Assembly: GCA_000934665.2 (NCBI GenBank)
Contig: KZ538274.1
Coordinates: 1 to 64,000 of the forward strand
DNA: 64,000 nt
DNA from: Catajapyx aquilonaris
Taxonomy: Eukaryota
Reading direction: 5' to 3'
Under the pieces are notes generated by a model. It was not told the origin of the DNA and ran no database searches. It saw only the letters and a program-made list of their open reading frames with translations. The position numbers and the translations under genes are program-made. Below, in pieces: positions 50,601 to 62,600 of this stretch; position 1 is the first letter of the stretch; every line of letters begins with the position of its first letter.

Positions 50601-53600
50601 TGATTCTGTTATATTGGAAAATATCGACAACAGCATGATTATCCTGCCAGTCATTCAAGTCAGATTCATTCACGAGTCCAGCAAACCTTAGTGAATACTG
50701 TTTACATTAGACCAATTTGCATTCCCACTGCAAAGTTATGGAAGGAAATAATGATCAGGTTTGCTTTTTAGCTATCACACACAATTCACAATCTGAATTT
50801 CCTAAAGTTATCTTCTCTCATTTAAACTTTGTTTTCTGCTCTTATTCTATCGCCAGTTACTTCTGTCTTCCTTGAAACCCTACCTCCTCAGCTCACTTAG
50901 CGATTCTAATAGCAATGAAATTTTATTGCTGTTAGCATTGCTTTTGTGCGCATCATCTTATCCAGAAATTATTGTGGCACGCAATATAAGTTTGTTGGTA
51001 ATGTAGGAAAGAAATAAATGTTTTTCTATGATCAGGCCAATATATTGTAGACAAGTAATAATCACTGTGTGAAATTATAAATAGTAGAGTGGCCACAAGT
51101 AATGGTTAGCCAATTTTTTTCTTGCCAAACCAATTAGACGTGAGTAAGCTATCCTTTGAAAGAAAAAAAAACCTACTACAGTTTAGCGATATTTTTGTCA
51201 GATACAAATTTCCAGTTGACTGAATTCTCAGTAAACTTTTAAATGCCTTAAAATACTTTGAGAGTAAAGACTTATATTTAGAAATATTAACTAATGAAAA
51301 AATATGGGCAGCAGCCACTATGCGCCAGTATTGTGTTCCAAGTTATTTTCATGTTTAGCAACGGTATAAATATGAGGACATGTTTTTATGTAGGAAATCA
51401 AGACATTCTTCAAGACGTTGAACGTACCAATTTCATACTGAACCATTCGCATTATTATTGGTGTTTAGATTGATATTGAAAGCACTAAATGGCTGCAGGG
51501 ATAAGATTTACTGGCACTACTCTGTGACATATTATATTTAATGTCACTTCATATATAGCATGAGGACTGACCAACATATGTGAGCTTGATTAATAAATGT
51601 TATCTGAGTTCAGAAAAGATTAATGTGAAAACAACTTGAATCTAGTTAATCGGATGAAATTGAGTAACTAATGGATAAATAAATAAATAAATAAATGTTT
51701 CCATAACTGAGTTTGTGAATATTATGTAAAAGTTACTCGATATATTCATTTTGTTGCTAAATATGACAATGATGCATTTCAAAATACACATAATAGGGAG
51801 GTGTGTAAGGAGGGCTGCCTATATTCAATATTAATGCATGAAACTTTGGAAATTAAATCTGGATCAAATAATATAATAAATGTTACTTCTTGTGTATAGA
51901 ACTTCTTCAAAGATCCTTGGAACACATTTGACTTCATCACTGTCATTGGAAGCACAATTGATGCAATGGTGGTCGAATTTGGCGTGAGTATTATGTGCAT
52001 TTTCATTTGAACTGAAAATATAAAATATGAATTTTAATATATTTTAATAACCTAATTTTCTACAGGAAACATTTATAAAGGTGGGCTTCCTCCGATTATT
52101 TCGAGCTGCCAGACTCATCAAACTACTACGCCAAGGTTACACTATACGAATATTACTTTGGACCTTCGTACAGTCCTTCAAAGTGAGTTACAAATATTTT
52201 TTTCCTACAAACTGGAATTAACGAATTCATTTCTTCACATTTTAGGCACTGCCTTATGTGTGCCTGCTCATTGCCATGCTTTTCTTCATCTACGCCATCA
52301 TTGGTATGCAGGTAAGTTCACAGTTAATTAACATGGTGTGAAGGTTATGTTTAGCAGCAGCATCTTTCAGAATGATGGTGGTAGCTGAGATAATTTTTTG
52401 TTATGATTTCCTTCAGGTACAGGACCTAGAGAGATGTCTAATACTGCGGTTAATTATGCAAAGGCTTTTGTTCCAGATGACGGATTGATACAGTGCAATA
52501 TGTTATAGCCAAGATAAATGATCCAGGTTATTCAGTACCCAAGTGCTTATTTCAGTGGTATACTGTGGGCTTACTTTACAATTTTGCACCTGCAAAGAAT
52601 ATTGAAAGCATACCATATACAGTAAAACCTCGATATAATGCTCTTCAAGGGACTGCCCAAGAGTAGCATTATAAGAAGGATAGCGTTAAATTTGGGAAAA
52701 TTTACCTAATTGAAATGATTAAGGGACCAGAAGAAAGGGGCTTTAAAAGCGGGAAAGCCTCATATGCGGGAACGTTATATCGAGGTTTTACTATATATTT
52801 TTGCACTATTGTAAATTTAGGAATTGTCAAATTTGATATCATGTGTGTGACTGTTATGACTTGTGTCTGAAGTAGCTTCACATGCTGATGTTCAGGGTGG
52901 TCAGAAATTACGTACCGTATGTTATAAATTATGAGCAGCCTGATAAACAAGGAAAAACAGTTCTGCAAGTAAGAACAGAGCACTTACCCCAAACTCACCA
53001 TACCACAACTGCAATTCAAAACAGCTGGACAGCCTGTTAGTCATCTTGGCTATTTCACGAACATAACTCGCATATACTGTACGTATCAGAAAATTTTTAA
53101 TGGTGTTGGAATTATGGATATTGGCATTATTTAAATTCAACTATAATATTTATTGATGCTCAGTATCTTTGGCAATAATTAATTAATGTTACAATATCTG
53201 AAATAACACTTAATATATCTCTCACTGACAAATCTAGGCACAAATTGAACATACCATGTCTCATAATTCTTTGCATAAACAGTTGTCCACAGGTTGTTTT
53301 TTTTTGTTTGAATCTGAGTAGCCATATCCGCAGTTTTGTTTAACAGTCTGTGTTCTACCTGGCCCTGTCCTGAAGCGACCCTTGACCTGACCTGCTTCAT
53401 CCCCCTACAAGGTGTTCGGGAACATTGGCTATGACCCGGATTCCTCCATCAACCGCCACAACAATTTCCAGAGCTTCTTCGCTGCTCTCTTGCTCCTTTT
53501 TCGGTGAGTGGCCCCCTGCCCATCTATCCCTCTCCTACAAACCTTTTTCATGCCCCTTTTTTCTACTCGCGGATACACTGACTGTCAACTGACTCGATCT

Positions 53601-56600
53601 ACCACCCCACTACTCAACTCAGATAAGACTTAGACTCTTCTGGGTAGTGCTAGTCGAGCCTCCAATCCACCTACTGCCTTCTCTCTCTCACAGCTAAGAG
53701 ACGACTGGCTAAGGGAGCTGCACTTGGTAACATGAGTACTCTCAATTGCTCTTCTTTCTTTGAAAATGTTTTAAACAGTGCTTAAAATGTGGAGCATTTT
53801 ATGCAAATATTGGAATTGTGGCATGCCAGTTTTCATATGCCTCTTCACATGATTTATGGCTTGCGACACTTCCAATGATTACATGCACAGGCAGGCCTCT
53901 TTCTGGCAGTTACATTGTAAGCAGAATATGCCATGGTAAAATACTCTTGCTATAACTATCCAACAATCATAGTTTCATCAAACTTTCTAGAAAAAGGTAC
54001 TGCTGCATTGATAATATAAACATTGAGATATTTGTAAAAGGAAACTACAGGAAGAAGAGTAGTTGTGGTACTTTAGAAACCCACCTTTGCCCCCATTACT
54101 ATATGTGTGACCCCATGTAGAAGAGTAGTAGACCCTCTAATACTAGATCTTAGTGAGCTCTAGGATTAGCAACTCCTATCCTCTTCCCCCGTAATGAGTT
54201 GGCCTGTGTTCTTTGCCCACGCTGTAGGTGTTTGGTAATATAAAGCTAGACGCAGAGTCGTCCATTACACGACATAACAACTTCCAGAGCTTCCAGCAGG
54301 GTCTTATGCTGCTCTTCAGGCAAGTCCCACAACCTCTGTCGTTTCCTTTATGCCATTCATTGCTTTCATCTGCCTCTGTTTCTAACTGCAATTCTGCTGG
54401 TGGGAATAAGGATTGAGATGTTCATCTAATCTAATGTTCATCTAAATCAAGTACAGATTCCATTTAATGACAAAAGAGTAGTACTCTGATATAAAGAAAT
54501 GTGGTAGTTTTATTGGGATAATTATCTAGCTATTTCAAATGAATTGGACTGGTTGCACCACTGCCAGATTCAGGTTCTCGCATGGATCTACCCTCATTAT
54601 TAATTGTCAGCAACAATGAACAAACAATAGATATCATTCGTAGACCTGTACAGTACCTGACCCTGAATCTTGTGATAGCCCTAAACCATGGCAATTTTGG
54701 ATATAATGCCAAGATAGTTAACAACATGGAAGAGAAGTGTTATGATGGTGGACATCTAAATCCTCATGGATTGTGTACAGGGGTTGCATATGAACTGAAA
54801 TTGGCTGTGCATGGATCTCAAACAACCACCTGTCTAGAATAGCACCGTTCAACCCTATTCCTTGAGTGTCATTGCTATGTCTGCTGTAACCATATATGGC
54901 TGGCATTTGTTAAGTTGTGCTGTGTTTATGTTTGTTTCCAGCACTGCTAACAAAGTATGTATAAAGGCCGCTCACTGCCTGTGTCCCCCCCACACTGCCA
55001 ATTGTATGTATCACAATGTGCCAGGTGCCTTGAGGGAAATTAGTTAGTCCTTTTTGGGCTGCTTTGTCCTATCTTGCCTCAATTTTGTCAAACCTCAAAT
55101 ATTATGGGGGAGTATGAGCCCCCTTAGCTTCAGCACCTCTCATGCTGTCCTCCTCCTTCCGCAACAATGTAGATGTGCCACTGGAGAATCTTGGCCTTCC
55201 ATCATGCTCTCCTGCATCAAGAAGAGGGAGTGCGACCCCAGGGCACTCAAGACAGAAGATGGAAAGATAGAGGAGAAGGAATGTGGATCCAACTTGGCCT
55301 ACATGTACTTTGTCTCTTTCGTCTTCTTTTGCTCCTTCCTGGTGAGATATTGGATAATTTTGGTTGTAATTTTAGGAAAGGATGAAATCGAAAATAAGGA
55401 GCCAATGTCTTTTGCAGATGCTGAATCTCTTCGTTGCTGTCATTATGGACAATTTTGATTACCTGACTCGCGATTCATCTATATTGGGAGCCCATCACTT
55501 AGATGAGTATATACGCATCTGGGCAGAATATGATCCTAACGCTACGTAAGTGGTGTACCCATAAATGCTTTCTCAATAATGCATTTTGTACAGAGTTTAA
55601 AATATTGTCATCTTTCTTGCAGGGGTCGCATTCATTACTCAGAAATGTATGATATGTTAAGAAATATGGAACCTCCATTAGGTTTTGGGAACAAATGTCC
55701 ATATCGATTAGCTTATAAAAGACTTATACGAATGAACATGCCAATAGATGCCGAAGGAAGGGTTCATTTTACAACTACTCTATTTGCTCTCATCCGAGAA
55801 AATCTCAACATCAAAATGCGTGCTGGTGAGTTTCAATGAGAGCCATGCTCTCTCTACGTATGATTTTGTAAAGGGCGTAAGTGCAGAGCGTGAAGCTTAT
55901 TGGCCACTTTCCATGTTGCAAGTAGTTATTTTCAACAAACTACATTTTAAACATATCACAAGCCAAAGCCACTCGGTTTTATCTAATAACAATCAGGTTT
56001 GTAAATACTGTGCATTATATTATTGTATTTCATTAGTTGATGAGATGGACCAAGCGGATGCGGAATTGAGGGACACAATTCAAAAAATCTGGCCACTTCA
56101 GGCGAAGAAAATCATTGATGTGCTTGTGCCTCCAAAAGGTTTTGTAGCCATTCTCTTATTACCTTTGACTATGTACAGCAGTATTGAATTATTTTTTTCA
56201 TCAGCGGAACCTGGGCCAGGCAAGATAACAGTGGGAAAGATTTATTCTGGTCTTCTCATTTTGGAGAACTGGAGAACAACTCGCTTTGGTCAGATTCAGC
56301 CTGCAGGCATCCCTGTGAGTAATTTTTCTTTTCGGTTGTCATATTGAAATTTGTTGGTTCTGAATAATTGTGCATCAGAAAGTACTGTACAGCCAGTGTT
56401 TTAATACACATTACACTGAATTCACATAATTAGAGTTATTAAGTACAAACAGGTGTGTACACTAAGACAAGTCATGGGTGTTTTAAGTGGTAACTTGACA
56501 CAAAACAATATATTATGAGGTTCTTTTCCACAGAAGCAAAAGACTAGTGAAGGTAGGCAGTGAAAAAGTAGTGACTCTATGTTTCTGCTTGCAGGGAAAG

Positions 56601-59600
56601 GACCCGCAAAGTCCTAACGACGACGCGGTAGTACCCTCCTTCATTTGTCTGATTTTGAATGCTCTTATTGCTACATAATTATGCATATTTACTACATTAT
56701 CTTTCTCTCTCTGCCTATAACTGCCACTATCACTCTTTCTTGCTGAGCCCTGCTTTTTTGTTTATAGGGGTGGGTTGGTGAGGGAGGGAAAGAATGGAAG
56801 GGATATTCAAGTAATGGTGCCCTCTGCTATTTTTCCTTTGTATTATACTGTATTTACAATATTTATTCTAGTTCAAGCACGCATCATGGGTGTACATAAA
56901 ATGGGGGGAAAGATAACACAGCTCGTAATCATATGGTCACACAATGTAGGCAATTGGTCACTGCTTATATCACATTGAGCACCAGATATTCACGCATTTT
57001 AAGGAAGCTAATTAGGAATGCATGTCATGAATATTATGGTGAAGAAGTGAAGAAATGTCTGAAAGAGTATAGAGTCACAAAATTAATGGATTAAAAATAT
57101 GCGAGTGATCAACCCTACCATATCGATACTTGACATGCATGGAAGCATGGCCATTATGGTAGCGAGCAAGTGATACGGATTGTGGGAATATGAAGCACAG
57201 TCTGGAATGGGTTGAAATTAGCCCTGGAATCCCCACCTAGGAGTAAGATGAAATGCCCCGATAACTGATAGAGTGCATTTTGGCATGAATCTGCTCGCTC
57301 ATCCCGCACGAACGGCTGCCGGGAGAAGCGAGGCTCTTTTCACTAATTCAATCAAAGCAGGACACGTATTTCCCTCCCGACCATGGAGAACAAAAAATGA
57401 GAAGAGTTAGCTCCTGTGCAGGCCTCTTTAACCCTCTTGGCTTGTGCAGCGTGGCTGCTTCTTGGAGCAGCTGGTTGGATTGGCCAGGACTGGAAGTGCC
57501 AGACGATCCCATCCTTCTGCCCCTCCTTCCCCCACTGCACATTCTGTGACTCACAGCTTGCTCTCCGATGCCTTCAAAACCTCCTTCCACGCCATCAGGT
57601 AAGCTATAGTACTGATAATATCTGAAGAATGTAACTTGTCCAGAGTTTTACCAAATTTAAGTACACTATTTGAAAAACAATATGGGCAAATTACATTTTT
57701 AGCATTGATTTAAATTATTGTTGTAAAGCAACTAAATTATTTGTTCTTATTGCAGTGGGGAGGAGAGAGTAGAAGAAGATGAACAGAGCACCAACTTGTT
57801 GTGCAGTGAGAATAGAGCACCTAGGAAAGGCTTACCCCCTATGACTCAGGTCCGCTCCACTACACTTGTCCCCTCCCTCTCCCCAAATAAGTGGGACGCC
57901 CCACCTTCGACTCGGGACGTCCTGCTAGGAGTAGGCTCTAGGCGGTCCAGCCCGCACAGCCTAGATTCAATCGTCTCGTCTACGTGTCGTCCGTCTCGTC
58001 TTCTTCATGTCATTGCCTCCGGATGCCTTCTTCATCACCCATCTGTCCTCCTTGACCCATCTTGACCTCTTCTGGATCAAGCTTCCCATCTCCAAATGAG
58101 CCAGATCCGCTCTTTCTGAAGCCCCAAAATCCAGTGTCGTGTTATTCCAGTTTGGAACCAATTGTCCCAGCCCCTTTTTGGACAAGCTGAGGTTGAAATC
58201 TGTCTATTTGGAACTCATGTTAACAAAAGCTCCATTACATGTACAAGCTTTGACTCACAAAAGTCCCAAATAACGTGTGTGGCGTTCAGCACTGTGCATG
58301 TGTGTTCCTGCCGTGTTGTATGTGTGCCAGTGGAGCATGTTGTCAATATGCACAGACAGGTTTCTGCCTTGACATTCTTGCGTATGATAATGCGAAAGTC
58401 AAATTTTCTCCAGGAAGGGCACAGTAGTAGACAAGAGCGGACAATAGTTCCAAATTGGTCTTTGTGGTAGTGGTGAGTAGTGAAATTATCGTGAATAGTG
58501 GATGTGGTCCATTAGGAGAAAGTTATCATGTAGGAGCAAATCAGTGTGAGCTTAGAGAGCCCAGAGCCTCGCTTCTTAGGCGCCGTTGTACTCTAGAAAT
58601 ACTCAGCCAGCTCTCTGTAGAGATTCCAGCTGCATTAGTGCTCAGTTCAGTTTTGGAATCTCGCTGGATGACTAGTGATTTCAGTGCAGTGAGCTGCATG
58701 TCGTAGGTGGGAAACCATCAGCAAACTTTTGGTCCTGCGTATCGACAACTTGACAAAAAATTCATATATCAAGTATGTGACTACATATCAGGCTGTCGTA
58801 TTATTACATGTTTCTATTTGATAATGTCATTCAACAAAAATTAATGACAAGTGCCAGGTTATTGTAAAATAGTAGATATTATGTCATTGAGACTTTTTGT
58901 GGAAGCAAAATTAGTGCAACATTGTGGGTAACAAAGTTTTCCAGAGTTTCCAAAACACCTGCTTTCTACAATGTAAGACAAACTACTGTGCCAGTGAATT
59001 GCTGGAGCTTATCGTTATGATGCATATCTGAAGTGCATGCATTTAGTTAATAATGTTTATTAATGATAAAAATTAGATTAATATCATATATTTGTACATA
59101 TTATGAATTGGTATCATAAGTGATCCACCCTTGTGCACTAATTTTGAGTAATCCCACACTTGTATCCTTCACTTCCATCATCTTACATGTATGTATATGT
59201 CAGTCCGCTTGCAGACCTCTCTTCCTTGTACTCTACAAGAAAGGGATGGGATAAGGGAAAACTTGTATCAGGCTCCCTTCCGATCCTATTTTAAACATTT
59301 TCATAAATCCAATGGTTCCCAAAAGGAACCTAAAGTACCATCTACTATGTCTAATATCAAATTTTTTCCCCATAATATATAGCAAATCATGGAGCTTCAA
59401 GAGTCCCAGATGAGATCAAGACCACCATCTCTACAGTCTATGGACAGTCGGAGACTCCATCCTGGAGATTACTTGCATGCTCCAGGGAGATCTAGATCTA
59501 GGTCTAGATCTCCATCACCATCTAGAGGCTACCAGTCCCCAACCCAATCCCACAGGTGAGTCTGTTTTGCTTTAGAACATTGCATTATTCATTTGTGATT

Positions 59601-62600
59601 GTCATGGACTAATTAACTTTCTGTTGTAGACGTGGGAGATCGCCAACACCCAATCGAGGAAGGTCACCATCACCTAGGCGGGACATTGGATTCAGTGATG
59701 CTGTTTCAGACATGGTGGATTTGGTAAAACATGAGACCAGTCGAAGAGGACGTGCTAGAGGTTTGTGAAGACATTTACAAACTCAGAAGTCAGTTGTTGT
59801 GTCTCTGGGCCTTATGTAAACCAGCAATGTGGGATGGGATCAAGGGTGTTTTTTTTTTGCTGTAGTAGTTGTGTGTGATATATGTGTTGCAGTGTCTGGG
59901 ACCAATGACCTTCTCTCTCTGTCCCAGCATACCACGACGATGAGTATGGTAGGGCGCAGACTCAGTATTTTGCGTATCTTTACTTGCTATATTCTTGCTG
60001 AAATTTATTGTCATGGATTTCATCCGCATGTCTTTTTACGGATACATCATTAGATTGTCATGAGCAGTTGGTTAATACACAGTTTGTAGATGAGCCTGTA
60101 GATATGAATACTTGTAGTTTGCTAATCTTGCAATGCACACCAAAGTACTTTGCTACCAGTAACACAACACTATTGCAAGATTTAATCATACCGATACAAT
60201 GCATACTAAAATAACTTCTGTGAAATAGCTGTACAGTTACATTGTGCTGCTGCAATTCTGCTAGCAATTTTTTACAGCCCACCTCTTGAAGGAAATGGCC
60301 ATGCATATGTAGAATTTCATGTAGATTAGCAACTTAATGAAGCATTAACACCCTGGGAAATCAACAACATAATATTCACATGTTACGTAGGAGCAGCGTA
60401 GGAGGCACTCATGATGCTATGGTTTTAGAACGGGCTAAGACAGGACCATTCATGCCCAAACCCAAAGTTTTTGCCCATCCCAAAGTGGTGCTGGCTGTGT
60501 AATGTGTGGGAAATTCATAACACATTCATCGTATTCAATAACAGCAAAAATGTTGTCATTGAGATTTGGATAAAAGGAATGGTCCTATTCCAACATAATT
60601 ATGTTTATGCCATCTTGCAGTCATGTGATATATTTCCTACATTTTGTAAAGCCAGCTCTTTTGGGTTATGACTTGGATTATCTTTGTACAGTGTACAATA
60701 CATAATATTGTCAGATTTTTTGATATCCTAAGGAACTTTACAATTTTAAGAGAGTTCCATTCACTATAACAAGTGCTGCAGATGTTACACAAAATAACTT
60801 CATAATAATACAGTATTACCTCACTTAAAGCGGCATGCTGGTATAAAACGAGGTTGCCCAAAATGCCGGTATATTAAACCCAGGCCGCATGGAGCAATAC
60901 CCGAGGTATATTTCCTTAATTTTGATCTTTGCCAAATATTGTTTTAAATACTCCTGGTACCATACTATAATGTTACAGTTAAAAATGGGCGAGTATGGGG
61001 CTGTGTGAATATGCAAATACTGTTGCACAGTGCATAGTGTGTGACCAAGCCCATCGTCACCCTACTCCATCACTAAAGATCAAGGATAACTCCTTCAGTC
61101 CTTCACTTTGCTCAATAGTTCTCTGGCCTCAGGTTTCGCTGGTTATATACTTCAGGCACACTGGTAGGCAATTAGTATAATATCAGTATTATTAATAATG
61201 AATGAAAAGGTTAATTTCAAAACATAGTAGGCTATCTACCCAAAAAATCAGGGGATTGGGACTTGGGAAGGTGCTCATTGCACTCTCACTGCACTCCACA
61301 ATGCACTGTACTGTAGGCCTACACACAGATTATTACCAAACACTGTAATTGAAAACAATATTTTGTGCGGTATTAGATTTCAAAAATGTGCCTTTTTGAT
61401 AGCCTTTCGTGGATTTTGATTTCAGGCAAATGTCAAGTTATGAAAGGCTAAAGTACAGTATGTGAAAACCTTGCCTCATACCGGCATACCTCACTTAGGC
61501 CGGCATGCCTCTTTAAGTGAGGTAATACAGTAATAATGTTAATTGATTACTTGAATTTTAAATCACATTTTTAGTAGTGAAAATAAGCGTGAAATGAAGC
61601 AACTGAAGAATAAATTGTACATTAATCTTATAAGATTCAAACTTATAAAACCGATATCTTGTTAATGATACAAACAAAATAATAGTTGCAAAGAAGATAT
61701 AATACTGTATTTAATTTTTTCTCTTGCATCTTATGATAATGTTGACTTCCCTAGGCCTCCTTTGAGTAAACCAATGTAGTCACAACACCATGATACTTAA
61801 TACTGGCATACGCCAGGACATTACTTTTAAATCTGACGATGTGCATGTATGCACGTCTGTAGATTAGTAGGTATTGCGCACGGTAGGTAAGAGTTGACTA
61901 TATCCCATACATTTGTTTCATCAGATTTTGTCCTTACAGCTCAGATACGCCGGGAGTGTGATTATGGAATGGCATCACCTTTGAGAGGCCACAGCCCAAC
62001 TCGTCGTCCATACCGTGTAGGTGCTCCCCGTGATTGGAGGGATGTGTCGCCTGGACCACACTCTGGCACCTCCTTAGGGTACCGCTCAGCCTCCAACAGT
62101 CCGGATAGAAGACGGCATGTTTCCACACGTCTGAGGCATAATGATTCTCGCAGCCCCAGCCCAACCTCCAACAGAGCACCCCTGCCTTTGGCACCACTCT
62201 CTTCGAGACGCCCACTGCCTCGTGCTCCCTATGCAGCCACCACCAGTCTTGAGCAAAGGTCGAGGTGAGAATAGCCATTTAGTACCTTTGTTCTAGCTGT
62301 AGGCTTTATAATGTTTTAAAAAGCTTTCATAAAGCTTTATGATTGCATTGTGCAAATGACATGGACTTAACCCCTACATTACAGCTCAGGGTGTTAATTT
62401 GTGCTAGTTTTTGCTCTTAATGACGAAGTGGCTGAGACTGATTTTTATACTGTATTAAACACATGCTTGGTAAGTTTGAAATGCATAACTTTCCAAATTG
62501 TTTCTTGTGGCCTATACATTACACTGAGTTATTACCTTGGCCACAAATAAACTGGACCCTGGCTAGACCTAGATCAATCTAATGGGACCTTGAAAATTGA

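Noticed and set aside
55031..55039. Possible docking site (tgagggaaa) for the IVS5-P pair
   Set aside because: Only 6-9 bp with pyrimidine-rich partners; expected by chance.
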